NCBI GenBank assembly: GCA_965153355.1
Contig: OZ231126.1
Coordinates: 14,694,001-14,758,000 of the forward strand
DNA from: Flaccisagitta enflata
Lineage: Eukaryota
Reading direction: 5' to 3'
DNA: 64,000 bases
In this document: piece after piece, positions 13,343 through 27,586 of the stretch
Numbering within the stretch: the stretch's first letter is position 1
Layout of the letters: each line of letters starts with the position of its first letter
The notes under the pieces: generated by a model
What the model saw: the letters and a program-made list of their open reading frames with translations, nothing else
Told to the model about the DNA's origin: nothing
Database searches by the model: none
Program-made: the position numbers and the translations under genes

Positions 13343-14474
13343 CCCAAAGGAGTGACACACGACAGGGAAAGGAAGCGCATACTAATAATCAGCACGACGA
13401 TGCATGATAAGACTGTTCAAAGGCTGAAAATATGCCGAGATGAGCGATAGGAGAAAAGATTCAGTAGTTGAACTCGAAACTGTATCGCAATTTCTGATCT
13501 TCTAAATATTGATTATTTGGGAGAGACAAGAAAAACAAAACAAAACAAAACAAAACAAAACAAAACGGATGGCCTCAATGATCACGAGTCAATAGGTTTG
13601 TGTTTGACTGGACATTGACTCGTCAGGGAAACTGTCGACGAAAACGAATAAATGAAAATTGATGAATCATTGAGGACTCGTATTAATCCCGACCATATTC
13701 ATTATTCAGACCATAAACACCAGGAATACAAGTCATCTAAATTAGGGATTAGGTTAATAAAAGTCCTAACTGAGTCATGAATTTTCGATTATTCAAGTCA
13801 ACCCAATAAAAAAACTCGTGACAATTGTACGATTATGATTGCCAAGCGAATGATGACAAGGTTTCATTTTTTTGTCTACTGACTTGTCGGCCTTTTTTTT
13901 CAGATCTAGAGAACCGCAGCATGATGCAAAAAAATAACAGCATGATTTCAATCGTTCAGTGACACAAACAAGTGTTTTCCAATTTTTTTACCAAACACAT
14001 AAATTGTCTCTATGTTCATTGTAAAACAACAGTAGAAAAAAAATGAGCCTTAATGATAATGAAGATAAAAAAAAATTGTGATGAAAGAAAACAGAATGCT
14101 CCCGCGGTTCAGATTGGCTGGAGGGGGCCTCAAATTTGATGATGTTGCTGTGGTTGTAGAAGAGAAAGAAAAGAGGAAGATGTCGAGAAAGGGGCAGGAG
14201 GAGAATAAGAGGGCGAAGTTATGTAAATGGGGGGGGGGGGAAAGAATGGAAGGGGGTACCAGAGGGCGTGATATACATGATGGAGGGAGGAAGAAAACAA
14301 GAAGAAGCGCCTGTCCTCGAAAATTTTCCTGTGGCCTAATTTCGAAAATTAATTTTGAGCGATGGTGAAAAATTTTTCTTAGTTTGAATGAAAGTTATGT
14401 TTTGAATCAAAAATCTATCTTTAACTTAGTAGGGGGAAAGGCAGAGAGAGAAAAGAGAGAGAGAGAAGAAGAGA

Positions 14475-14507
<33 letters not shown>

Positions 14508-14521
14508 AGAGAGAGAGAAGA

Positions 14522-14611
<90 letters not shown>

Positions 14612-15121
14612 GTGGAACAGTGAGAGAGATTAAAAGTAATAAATATAAGGAAAAAGGAAGGCAAAAAAAAAAGAAAAAAAAATTACTGCTCTAGCAAAAA
14701 CGCATTAATTGACCTTTTTTATCACTGCCTCTATTGGGGTAGCCTTGTATCCACTCTTGTTATTTTTATATATTGATAAAATCATTGTTTCTAACAAAAC
14801 TTACATTGCCCTTTCATCAATTAAAAACTGAACTATTTGTTAATCTAAAATATTTTTGCAATATTATTTCTTAATTTTTTTTTATTTTCAAAAACTAATC
14901 TATAAAGAAAAACAACACTTCATCGAGCAACAAAAACATTTAAAATCAACCAAAAATTATTTGTTTTTTTTTATCTATTTCTCTCATGCATATTTTTTCG
15001 TTTTTCTCTCTATTTGTATCTTTGCCTTATCCTGTTTTCTCTCTTAAGCTTTTCTTGTCTTTCTTTGTCTCTGTCATCTTTTTTTTATTTGTTTATCTTT
15101 GTCGGTCTGTCTGTCTGTCTG

Positions 15122-15206
<85 letters not shown>

Positions 15207-15701
15207 TTCTCTCTCTTTCTTTCTTTTAAATTCCTCTTTGTTCCCTTCTTTATCTTTTTCTGCATCAGGCCATATTTAGATGAAAATTTTCACCTTGAAA
15301 TTGGTTTAATAATGAAAAAAATATTTTCTACATCAGGCCAATTTCTGATGAAGATATTTTCGCCATTAGACGTTTTCGCCATTAGGAGATACACCCAGAA
15401 AATGCGGAGAAGAAAGGATAAAGGGTGAGGGAGGGGGATTGAAAAAGAGGGCGGAATATTGTATGTGGGAGGGGGGGGGGACAAATGGCAGAGAGCAAAA
15501 AGAGAGCGAGACAGAGAGAATTGGAAAACAAAGATCTAGAGCTCTAAAACATCAACGAACAACCAAGTAAAAGTCCTAAGTCGTTATTCCTTGCCTAGTT
15601 TTTCTCATACAGGGCCAACACGATAGGTCAGGCAGAAAAGCTTTAAAAAGGGACTTTTTGGAGCTATACACTCGAGGCACTCGCTCGACAGACGACATGC
15701 A

Positions 15702-15768
<67 letters not shown>

Positions 15769-16982
15769 AACAGACACACAGACACACGACACACACATAC
15801 TAACAATCCGACATCGGTAGGCAGAGACAGACTGACAGAGAGAGGTGGGCAGGCAGTCGGGTGTGTCAATATATAAAAGGTCTTTTGATCAGCTCATCAT
15901 CATCAGGGAGTGTGAAGACACTAATTACAAGACACTTACCATTTTTATTTTTTTCAATTTCAATCATCTTCCGTTTTTTTAGCGCGAGTAAAGATTGTCA
16001 AAAATATATATACTTTTAGCGACTCTTCCCAGTTTTGTCTAAAATGAGACTGATATATTATTCAAAAAATTATGTTTTTTTTTGTTATTATTTCTTCTTA
16101 TGAAAAATAAAATATTTTGACCAATTCTTTTTAGATTAAAAAATAAGATAAGAAATGGGTTTTGATTTTTATTCTTATGATCAAGAATCCCGGTGCAAAA
16201 CCAGCTGCACTACAATATACAAATTAGGGGCTAAATGGAGATTTAAAAAAAATGGAAGTTGAATGAAATTAAGAAAAAGAAAAATGGTAAGTACCTTAGA
16301 ATTAGTGTCCCAATACTCCTTGATGATGACGATCTGATCAAAAAAGTTTTTTAAATTTTGACACACCCGAGGCAGGCAGTCCGACAGGCAGTCAGACTAA
16401 CTGACAGACAAACAGTGAGATGGACAGGAATACATTGACAGACAATCGATCAGACTGACAGATAAACAGGAAGGCAGATGGGCATAAGGACTGACTTAAA
16501 AACGGATGATCAAACAAAAATGAACGAGAAAACAGAAAAAAATCTGCAATAACAAACAAGCAAGATTTGACTGTGTATACGATCCTTTCTATTTCTACCA
16601 ACCAATTTCTGAACCTTGGTTCTGGATACATGCGGAGAGGTTACAACAACGAAGGATGGATAAGGTAAAACTTGAAATGAGATTTGAAGAAATCCTTGAG
16701 CGGGTTTTGAAGAGCTTTCTCAGCTTTGATTGGAACTTCCAATTAAGTTAAAATTGTTCTCGTGACATCAATAAAGTCACGAGGTCGAAATTTGGTCACG
16801 TGGGATTGAAAATTTAACGGAGTTTTTCGTGCGCCATTTTCAAGAGCTTTTTACGGTCATTATTTAGGAATTTCATTTTGGGTAGATCAGAGTACTTTTC
16901 CTTCTCGTTCCATTTCTTTTGAGTTGTGGGAAATGGGTTGTTACGAGTTGCAGGATAGCCATGCCTCCTTGCCGCAAATTTG

Positions 16983-17238
16983 GTAACGTCATCCAAAAAT
17001 GGATGTCAACAGAAGTAACGTCATACAAAAATGGATGTCAACAGAAGTAACGTCATCCAAAAATGGATGTCAACAGAAGTAACATCATCCGAAAATGGAT
17101 GTCAACAAAAGTAACGTCATCCAAAAATGGATGTCAACAGAAGTAACGTCATCCAAAAATGGATGTCAACAGAAGTAACGTCATCCAAAAATGGATGTCA
17201 ACAGAAGTAACGTCATCCAAAAATGGATGTCAACAGAA
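16983..17238. repeat. 32-bp minisatellite, 8 copies, each with an internal hairpin
   Basis: Unit GTAACGTCATCCAAAAATGGATGTCAACAGAA; CATCCA-AAAA-TGGATG stem-loop; no spacers between units. Confidence 0.92.
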
Positions 17239-17733
17239 GCAAAGACCGACCCTTGAAATGTCATTTCCCGTTTCGCTCAACGATTTTTTGCAAATTGAAT
17301 TAAATATCAAACGCAAATATTGCGTGGGTAAACAGTCAGCGAACAAAACACAATAGGTATGGCATAGGAGAATTCTCAGAACACTCGTTGCTTAGGTGAA
17401 GCTTGTATTATCTTAGGCTTAGCCAGATTCGATTATTTTTTCAAGATCATTTTTTTTTTTATTGAAAACTAGAAAAGTCCGTCACTCCTTAGGCTGAGAA
17501 AAGAAAAAAATACTCTACTGGAATCCTTATTGGATAACCTATTCAGATAAGTATTTTGACCAGCCAACGCAGAAAAAGAAATTAATCGAAGATAAATAAA
17601 ACAATTAAAAGAGTGAGGTTCATTATTTCAGATGTATATCACTCCGTTGGTTTTTATTCAACCTACTGATGTTAAACAGAATGCTGTAAACAACAACTGG
17701 TTGTTGAAATTACAGCCGGCTGTTAAGTTGCAA

Positions 17734-18004
17734 AGTTGGCAAAAATCCAACTATCACCAAATAGAATGAGACCTGCAGATTCATAATTCTGATGAAATTC
17801 TGAGAAATTCGAGATGTCACACTTAACATTTTTTGTAAAGAATAATTATTTTAACATTGCATTATAATTAGATTAAACATTGATAAAAATTTTTATTTTT
17901 ATATAAAAATATATGTTGTGACATATCAAACTTCCAGGAATTTTATCAGGATTATGAATCTGCAGGTCTCATACTATTTGGTGAAAGTTGGATTTTTGCC
18001 AACT
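17734..18004. mobile_element. Palindromic MITE-like element (about 270 bp, arms about 90 bp)
   Basis: agttggcaaaaatccaact...gacctgcagattcataat versus attatgaatctgcaggtc...agttggatttttgccaact; no clear TSD. Confidence 0.75.
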
Positions 18005-18585
18005 ATATACCTATTGTGTTTTGTCCGCTGACTGTAAAGGACGTGTCCATGTCAGAGGAGGAAGGAGGCTGATAATGTTTAAAGAGCTCTTTTAGGGTAC
18101 AACTATTTTCTACTAAACAGATTCTACCTCTTAGTTTTGATTTTCTAACTTTTTATGGTCAGAAAAAGTCACTACCAAGAAATTCTTTGATCGATTTGTA
18201 ATCTTTAATTACTAGCGAAACCCGATTTTTGCATGTCATAGTGCAGATGAGGATGAAGTGAAACAGTGATGAGTTATCCTTTGCTACGTTTTGTTAAGAA
18301 CAATGAAATGTGCCCTCAACCTCCTCTGTGACAATTGCCTTTGCAATCTGGTTTTCTTGATTATTGATATTACTAATGTTGATTTTAGCTATCTTCCTAG
18401 GCCGTAAGAATTGATTTGACAGCAGATTCTTCTTAATTGGACATGAATTTGTGAGAAACAAGAAAAAAAATAATTCTTACGGCATGTTTGGGGGGTTGCC
18501 GGCCCCCCCTGTGTCCATGTCATAGTTGGCGAAATTGGGCGTAATCTTGACCTCTTGACATGAAGTGCTTGTTTGTTGATTTTCG

Positions 18586-18801
<216 letters not shown>

Positions 18802-20013
18802 TTTAGGTTAAAGTGGTAGTCTTTTCTGGACCGCAGTATCTTGTCATCTTATTGACAGGCGAACAAATGACCAGTTGAAGAGAAGGAGAAGAAGAAGAAA
18901 AAAACATTTCGTTTTTATTACTCTCAACAAGAGCAAGTCTTTTTTTCATAATTTTTGCGATTGAATACATAAATTTGCGTTTTAATGCGCAGAAAAATCC
19001 GTCCAGTCGAATGACAGTGCAGTGAATTGATTTGACTCGAGTCACTTTTTGACTTCCAAATCTGCGTTTCCGAACCAGCAGCACTGAGGGATAGCAGACA
19101 ACCAAGGTAGAACAAATTTTCTTCAGAAACTTTAATCGGCTCGCTTTTGCTGCTATCTCTATCCTCAATTGCAATTTTAGAGCTCCGTTGCCGATAGGCC
19201 CGATACCCCAAAGATCTGGACCAATTGTGAAAATGGATTGTCCATCGTTAAAGGTCGACGCCTCTTGTAAATGACGAGATCTTGTCATTTACTGCATTTC
19301 TCTTCATCCCTTTCAAATCAGTGTCATTCGTATTCTAGTAAGCACATGTTTCATTTATCTTATCCACGCTCATTTACATCAATTCGATCCCCATTAAAAT
19401 GTTTGTATTATTCATCTCATATCTTTTTGTCCAAGAAACCCCAATCCACTCCTTGTTTCTGTCATACACGTTATTTTGAGGAATCATCTTTGTCCTCAGT
19501 CCTTCAGTCGTCAGTGTCATCCTTCGTGTCACCACCGCCCATCACTTTAAATTTTTCCCAATATTTTAAACATTCATGAACCGCAAATATCTTATCCAGT
19601 GCTTGTCACTGTCAGTGCTGTTTATGCCCCACGTTCCCACTATTTCACCACGGTGTAGATTCTTGTTATTACTAACTACATATATTAAAAGGATGCATAT
19701 TGAAATGCATCGAATGTATTTCGTCACGTGACACTCTTTTTTTAATAGCTGTCGGTCCCTTTTGAGTCTCGTGTGGTATAGTCATCATTTACGGTCCAAG
19801 GACAATCAAAACGAAAGGGGTGGAGGTTGGACATCGCCACCGGCGAAGATCGAAAGATATCGGGCTTGCAAAGGAAAGGGAGACGAAGAAAGTATAAGGG
19901 GACGAATAAGAAATTTTCGTTAGGAATTTTCGTACTGAGATGATCAAGAAGATCAAGGAAGGGTGGAAAGACAATAAGCGTAAGAAGGAGTAGAGAAGAA
20001 GAAGAAGAAAAAG

Positions 20014-20178
20014 AACAAGGCCGGATACACGGCCATACCAGTTGCGGACGGGTGGGCAGGGGCGGAAATGCGCGTTTTCACACTCTTCGACTCGTGCTCA
20101 CCAACGGACCGACCAACCGACCAACGGACGGACGGACGGACAAAGGCTCTTATAGAGTTGCGTGTCCGCAACTAAAAA
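20014..20178 (-). mobile_element. DINE-1/HINE-like Helentron derivative (family A), followed by (AAG)n to about 20315
   Basis: Terminal hairpin AGTTGCG-TGTC-CGCAACT beside an A/T run, GGAC microsatellite, internal inverted copy agttgcggac, and opposite-end stem-loop GGCCGGATACACGGCC. Confidence 0.75.
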
Positions 20179-20334
20179 GAAGAAAAAGAAGAAGAAAAAG
20201 AAGAAGAAGAAGAAGAAGAAGAAGAAGAAGAAGAAGAAGAAGAAGAAGAAGAAGAAGAAGAAGAAGAAGAAGAAGAAGAAGAAGAAGAAGAAGAAGAAGA
20301 AGAAAAAAAAGAAGAAATACTCGCAAAAGCATTA

Positions 20335-20730
20335 GATGGTCAGCAGTACCCGTGCCCTGCTTAAGTAGGTTGTGGTTGAAGTTTAGGGGGAGCAGGGCAG
20401 TAGTGAAGGGTGATCGATGCTTTCACACATGTGATTTTCTCTCCTCCTCCGCACCCCCCTCCCCAGCCTCGAGGCCCATATCTCAGCCTCGAGGCCCATC
20501 CTCCCTCGAGGCCCATATCTCAGCCTCGAGGCCCATATCCAATCTTGGGGCCTAAATCCCTTGAGGCTGGAATTTGGGCCTGGGGTGGGATTTGGGCCTC
20601 AAGACTAGATTTGGGCCTCGAGGCTGGGATATGGGCCTGGGCTGGGAGGTACGTAGAAGAAGAAGGAGAAAATCCCCCATATGTGTGAAAGCATAGGTCA
20701 TCGACCCATTCGGGGCCGCTGCCCAAAAGG
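20335..20730 (-). mobile_element. HINE-like family B repeat (gggcagcggcccc end, internal ~20-bp tandem units); other copies at about 12100-12215, 25049-25650, 26680-27250 and 59045-59620
   Basis: Shared ggtcagcggtaccc...gccctgctt end, ggggccgctgcccaaaa end, and gaggctgggatttgggcctc-type tandem array in the fuller copies. Confidence 0.7.
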
Positions 20731-21907
20731 AGAAGAAAAAAAGAAGAAGAAGAAAGAAAGAAAAAGAATCCGACTATCAAGTCGAAAGAAAAAAGGCCAA
20801 AAGCAAAAGAAACAAATTCAAGGAAAAAACAATGAAAAATCTTCAGGAGAAAACGACGACCAAAAGACATTGGGCAATACAGGAAACAATATAACAGGAT
20901 TGTAAAAGAAAGAAAAAAAAAGATAGGTATTAAATAAACAGGGGGAAAACAAACCAATACTAATAAAACCCAAAAACGATTTGTAATAAAACTGACCCCT
21001 GGGGGGCTTGTTTGGACCTAAGTCTTTGATAAAAAAGGTAAAGATGAAAGTCAGGAAGCGTGTTGTACTTGTAGAAAGCAAAAGGAACAATCAGACACTC
21101 GATACTCTAAAAGGGAAATATGGGCGTAAAAGACCCAGGGAAAGTGTCAGGTGTTTTAGAGACATAACAAACCAAACTTCCATCAATGTACCATCGTTCC
21201 GGGATCGTTGCCTTACTCCGACCTGATCAACCGTTACAATGAGAAAGAGCGCCCCCCCCCCCCCGCTGTTTGATGTTCGTACTAACGGTGATTGTTGGTT
21301 ATGCGATGTCGCCATCGACAAGGTTATACATAGTACATAGATGATAGAGAAACTTGTATTGAGTTTCGTTATTTAGGAGCCAAATCGGGATAAATGTAGT
21401 TTTGAGAATAGAAATAAGAAAGTCGGCGATAAAAGCCATAAAACTGAATAAAGAAAATCGCCATTACAATGTTTAATTGATCCTTTTGATTGAGAGGGGG
21501 AGGGTTAAAGTGGGGCAACTAGAACCGGGATTACCCCAGTATCGAATTACAAATGTCCGGTTGTAGTCTTTAGAAGACCGAGATATCATTGACATTGTCT
21601 TTTCATTGCTGTTGTCCCGGTCTTTATGTCTCTGATGATGATATCCTTGACGCGGTGTTTCTAAGATGTTGTTGTTGTCGGTGCCACTGGAAGTTTTCAT
21701 CGCTATTCGGATTGCAATGGTAAAAAAAAACCCTCCCTCCCCCCCCTTTCTTTTTTGGTGCCACTCGTGAAGCATTTTCTCCCTTTTATTCTTGGCGATA
21801 AAATCCCAAGTGATGAAATTTCAATGCATCAACAAATTTGATGTGTACATTACAAGTAGAATTCAGGAATCGAGGAAAAGAGGCTGGAGAGACGCAGGAT
21901 TCGCATA

Positions 21908-23093
21908 CAGGGTGATCAATCTCAACTGGCAAAAAGTATCAAGCTTTTACTTCTTTATGCATGATCTCACTAATCTGGAATCACTTGTCTCTTAAAGTAT
22001 TATGTTTAACGTTTTTTGTGTCCAAATTTTATAGGTTTAAGACAAACAGTTTGCCCACAGCATCAATTTTAAGAATAACAAGTATTTAGACTTTCACTCA
22101 ATAAATTTTCACTGCTGTCTCACACTAGGTTTGAGACAAGAATGATATATCTATGCAGTTTTTTGCATTTTTGCATAATTCATGAGCATACAAACCAAGA
22201 ACCATCAAGTAGAAAATCTTTCCTGAGGCGCTTTTTGAAATAAATGAAAAACTCAATATTTTTAGCTTCATTTTTCATAAAAAAATTTTTCAGGTCGGTT
22301 TAACTTTTTTTTGACAGCATAATGTTAATCCTGATAAATTTCTGATTCATTTGATAGGTCGCACTATATGGTTTTCATAAGAGAAAAAAATTTCATTTTC
22401 AAAGCCACCGTTACAAAGTTAGAACGGTGGCCTAGAAAATGAAAAATTTATTTCTTATGAAAACCATATAGTGCGACCTATCAAATGAATCAGAATTTTA
22501 TCAAGATTAACAATATACTCTCAAACAATAGATTAAACCAGCCTGAAATTTTTTTTATGAAAAATAAAGCTAAAAATAATGAATTTTTCATTTATTTCAA
22601 AAAGCGCCTCTGGAAAGATTTTCTACTTGATGGTTCTTGGTTTGTACGCCCATGACCTATGCAAAAATGCAAAAAACCGCATAGTTATGTCATTCTTGTC
22701 TCAAACTTTGTGTGAGACAGCAGTGTTTTGTTTTTTTGGTGTAATTTTTCATTCAATTGGTTTTTTTTCTGTATAGACTCATTTTCTCATGTCAGATTGT
22801 TCTCAAATGAAGCATAATTTGAATCTTAGTTATTTGAGACCATAATTGCATCAGTTGGAGCATTTGAAAAGGATATCATATTGAATAAAAAGGATTTATT
22901 AACCTACAGGAGAAATTACTTGTTCTACTTCAAATTGATGTTGTAGGCAAACTATTTATCTCAGACTTATGAAATTTGGACACAAAAAATTTCAAACATA
23001 GTAGAATAAGAGACAAATAATTTCAGATTGGTGAAATAATGCATTTAAGAGTAAAAGCTTAATACTTTTTGCCAGTTGAGATAGATCACCCTG
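21908..23093. mobile_element. Tc1/mariner-type MITE carrying a nested element
   Basis: TA|CAGGGTGATCAATCTCAACTGGCAAAAAGTAT ... ATACTTTTTGCCAGTTGAGATAGATCACCCTG|TA; related to the MITE at 35810-36410. Confidence 0.88.
22110..22725. mobile_element. Nested, almost fully palindromic MITE with CACTG...CAGTG ends (CMC/Chapaev-like by termini)
   Basis: Arms of about 300 bp folding around ...gccaccgtt-acaaagttag-aacggtggc...; TTTT on both flanks. Confidence 0.75.
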
Positions 23094-23860
23094 TACATAA
23101 TACTTAAAAATAGGCAGAATTTTATTCCCCCCTATTAGTATTACGTTAGAGCGGGGTTTGACCATACGAGCTTTGAACGCATGTCAAGCCATTTTAACGC
23201 TGTATCTCAAACTCGACGTTGTCATGTCTTTTCTTTTTCATTTCGTTTTCAACTTCAACGCAACGTGGCGTTGTATTAATCTATTATATTCATATGTAAT
23301 TAATTAATGCCCGACGAGACATACATAATTCATTAAAGCCCGACATACGTTTAAAGTTCTTTTCATCTCCGTTAGTCTCGTCATATCCATGTGCGACAGA
23401 AAAAAAAAACACTTTTTTTTCTCTTACATCTTTCGACCTGCCATCAGGTCACCTGGAGTCAGACCGCTAGAGAGAACGAGAGAAAAAGAGAACTTTTCCT
23501 CTTTTATGTGCAGTCATACTTTTTTTTTCTATTTCTTTTTCCACATATCCTCAGAGCTAGGTACGATACTTTCCTAAGATACATGCAAGCTAGCATGACA
23601 CGAGATGTAGAGAAAATGAGGTAAAAAGGTCAGAACAGAATTATACACAGTTTTCCCAATTTTCTCCCCCATGTAATGATAGTTTTTTCCTTCCTATCCC
23701 GTAGAGAATCTTTGCTTTCTCGAGGGGGACTGATTGAAAAGTTTTTTTGCCGCCCATATTTCATTTTTGAAAGAAGAAATTCTAGGTAAAGGTCGAATGC
23801 CACTGACTGAGACCGCGGCTCCGGGAGCATCATACTTTCGGCATACGTTTGTGTGCACTA

Positions 23861-24271
23861 CTACGCGAATTAAAAAAAAAGACGCGCTTTTGAATGGTTG
23901 ATTGCGCCATTGACAATTAAAAAAACTAATTAAAATCATAGACTATTTTGAAGCCCTTGAAAATCTCTTTCATTTGGCGCCAACCTGGTATCTCTATCTT
24001 TTTTCGTTTAGAAATGGCATTAGTTTGAGTAAAATTGTTGTCAAATTTGTTTTTGCAGTTCCTTTGAAAAAGATGCAATTCACCAAAATGGTGTCTCACT
24101 TTAGAGAGCTCTAGCTCCTAAACCGTTAAAGATACAGATCTGGGATTGGTCTAGAATGAAAGATAATTTGAAAATCTTTAAAATCACTTTCTTTGATAAA
24201 TTTTCTTAACAATTTTTAAGTCAGTTTTATCATCAAATAAAAAGGTGCGTCTTTCTTTTTAATTCGCGTAG
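23861..24271. mobile_element. Tc1/mariner-type MITE
   Basis: TA|CTACGCGAATTAAAAA...GACGC versus GCGTC...TTTTTAATTCGCGTAG|TA. Confidence 0.8.
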
Positions 24272-24705
24272 TACCTCGAGCCAGTTCCTATTTCGTATTT
24301 TGAAAAAAAAAAGTTTCAGAGTCAGATCACTATTGTCACTGGTAGAAGGCCGTCCGTCTGACCAACTCACAAGGCCTTTTACGGAGACTGGTTTCCATTT
24401 TTTCCTTTATATTGCTTCATTTGGCACGAAATTCGAGTTGATTCACGCATAACAAAAATCTTCGATGTGCCAACTTTGGGAGATTTTTCGATGTGTTTTT
24501 GTTTTTGTTTTTGTTTTTGTTTGTTTGTTTTTTTTTCGACACAACTGAAATCTTTCCGGGTCTTTTATCTTTTTTCCCTCTTTTTCGCTTACATACTCAG
24601 GCAATTCGGCGCAGGTTCGAACTTTTCTCGAATTTTACTTTCATGATTGTGGTGTAGTAGAGTTTAACAAGAAAAGTCCATTTGTCTTTTTGGCTCGCTG
24701 CCCCC

Positions 24706-24803
<98 letters not shown>

Positions 24804-24924
24804 AGAGAGAGATAAGAGAGAAAGAGAGCAATTAGGATAGTTTCTTTTTTGATGGAAGTAGTCTATGTTTTTTAATCTGATTTTTTACAATGCAAAAGTC
24901 ACACGAAAGACTGACAGAGTGAAA

Positions 24925-25760
24925 AGCAAGGCCGGATACACGGCTATCCTAGTCTCGTGCGGGTGGGCAGGAGCAGTGCTGGAGAAGGTCACTAGGGCAT
25001 CTGGGCACTAGCTGTATGCTCAAAAAGCTCAAAAAAGCCAAAAAAGTAACAAGTCATCCAAGGATCGCACATGGTCAGCGGTACCCGTTGCCCTGCTTGG
25101 ACAGTTTTGCCTTGGTTGTGGAGAGGGAGCAGGGCAGCGGCCCCAAAGGGCCGATGTCCTATAGAACACAGGGGTGATCCGTTACGTCTGTCTGACTGTC
25201 CAGAATTTTGGGCATCAAGACTGGAATTTGGGTCTACGTGCTGAAAGTTGAGTCAACAGGCTGAGATTTGGGCCAATGGGCTGATATTTGGGCCCTAAGG
25301 ATAAGATTGGGGCCTAGCAGGCTGGGACTGGGAACTTATGGCTGGGATTGGGGGCTTATACCTGGGATTTGGGCCTTCAAGCTGGGATTTGGGCCTAGAG
25401 GCTGGGAATATGGCCTCAAGGCTGGAATTTGGGCTTCGAGGCTGGAATCTGCGCCTTGAGGCTGGAAATTAGGCCTTGAGGCTGGAATTTGGGCCTCGAG
25501 GCTGGGATTTGGGCCTTGTGGCTGGGGTTATGGGCCTCGAGGTTGAGATTTGGGTCAAAAGTCTCAGGGGGGGGGACGTACGTTCGTACGTAACGGATCA
25601 CCCCTGTGTTCTATAGGACATCGGCCCTTTGGGGCCGCTGCCCAAAAAGGGGACCAACCGACCAACCAACCAACCGACCGATCAACTGACCAACCGACCG
25701 ACCGACCAACCGACATAGTCGGGTGTAGACTGTAGAGTCGCGTGGCACGCGACTAAAAAT
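24925..25760 (-). mobile_element. HINE family A copy interrupted by a full family B copy (25049-25650)
   Basis: Family A left part (caaggccggatacacggcta...) and right part (...agtcgcgtggcacgcgactaaaa) flank a family B copy with about 50-bp internal inverted repeats. Confidence 0.72.
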
Positions 25761-26521
25761 GACCGACGTCAAGTAGTGAATTTGGATATACTTTTTTGGC
25801 GACTTTTTCTCATGTCAGACGCTAATAAAGAGGAAAGGAAAATGAATGAAATTAAAGAGATCAAACCAAAGTTTAAAGTTTTTGAATACCCAGTTATCAT
25901 TTCATGACAGAATTATAAAATTTGGAAAAAAAATGAAGAGAGAAAGAGAGACAACGTCAATACATGGTGCTTTTTTTATCTCCTTGCACTGGACGGAAAA
26001 GACAGAAAAGACCGAGACGGAGACCGTCATAGAGTCAGTCAGAGACAGTCAGAGACAAGAATAGAAAATGAAATGAAACACGGTAGCAGACATGATAGCG
26101 ATGGAAGAATAATACAGACCGAGATTTATAAAGACTTAGACTGCAAGACAAATTGACAGAGAACAAGACACACAGTTTGTCAGTGACAGAGTCAAAGCTA
26201 GATAAAGATAGACAATTAGACTTTGTCCGTCCGTCCGTTGGTCCGTCCGTTGGTCCGTCCGTTGGTGAGCATGAGTCATATATGGTGAAAACTCGAGGAA
26301 ATCACGCAAAATGTTAAGTCATTGCATCATTCCATATGATTGATGCAATATTGCATCATTCTTAACAAGCTAAGCAGCATGTGGACGCATCGTTGTACCC
26401 CCGGGGTACTTGTTGTCCATGGGATGAGTGAAGTCTATTTTCCGGTCTTTCACTTTTCAACGTTTCGTTTGCGTGAGGTGGCTTAGACTAAGAGAGTTCG
26501 ATAACGAGGTTGGTTAAAGTA

Positions 26522-26584
26522 AATTTAGCTTACCGAATTTAGCTTACCCAATTTAGCTTACCGAATTTAGCTTACCTAATTAGC
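26522..26584. repeat. 14-bp minisatellite (AATTTAGCTTACCG), about 4.5 copies
   Basis: Directly visible. Confidence 0.8.
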
Positions 26585-27586
26585 GCCTCCTCTCTTAACT
26601 CCTCTTAGGGCTTGTGACAATCGTCTTTATGAAGAGCAGCTTGGTCACTCACCGTCTCAGGAACTAGGTGGAAATGTTTAACAAGTCATCCAAGGATCGC
26701 ACATGGTCAGCGGTACCCGATGCCCTGCTTGGAGTGATTAGCTGAAGAAATGGAGTGAGAGCAGGGCAGCGGCTCTAAAGGGCCAATGTCCTGTAAGACA
26801 CAGGGGTGAATTTCCATACGTCCTGAGAGGGCATATTTAGGGCAATTTTTCATGATATTCATTGGGAATTTTGCATTTTTTTTTCAATTCTTTGTCAATT
26901 TGCCATATTATTCAATGGGAATTTTAGGCCTGAGAGGCTGGATTTAGGGCCCAAGAGGCTGGATTTGAGGCCCAAGAGGCTGGATTTGAGGCCCCAGAGG
27001 CTGGATTTGAGGCCCAAGAGACTGGATTTGAAACCTGAGAGGCTGGATTTGAGGCCTGAGAGGCTGGATTTGAGGCCTGAGAGGCTGGATTTGAGGCCTG
27101 AGAGGCAAGTTTGAGGCCTGAGAGGCTGGATTTAAGGCCTGAGAGGCTTGAAAAGCTACGGAGGGGGAAACGTATGGACGGACGTACGGACATATGGAAA
27201 TTCACCCCTGTGTCCTACAGGACATCGGCCCTTTGGGGCCGCTGCCCAAGAATGGTTCTAAGGGCGGGAATTTACTGGGATAAGCTACCTGTCGCCAACT
27301 TGAATTTCTCTGGTGTTGACCATTTAAGCTGTAGGGGAGGTTGGAAAAATTCACGACCTTTCTTCTCTCTTCATTGTCATTCTATCTGTATTTGACTATT
27401 TATTAACCCTCTGCTGTTGCTCTTTGATTTCTTCATTAATTCTCTATTTTAACTAAGAAAAAAACTGTAGTCAATACTATTTTAGCGAGGCGCTGATTAG
27501 GAAATGCCAATGTTAAAAGTGTACACATAATTGTAAACCTCATTCATTATTCAATTAAAAACCTGGAAGAAAAAAGTCTTCAATTA

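Noticed and set aside
16983-17238. CRISPR-like array of palindromic 32-mers
   Set aside because: Units are contiguous with no unique spacers, there are no cas genes, and the context is eukaryotic.
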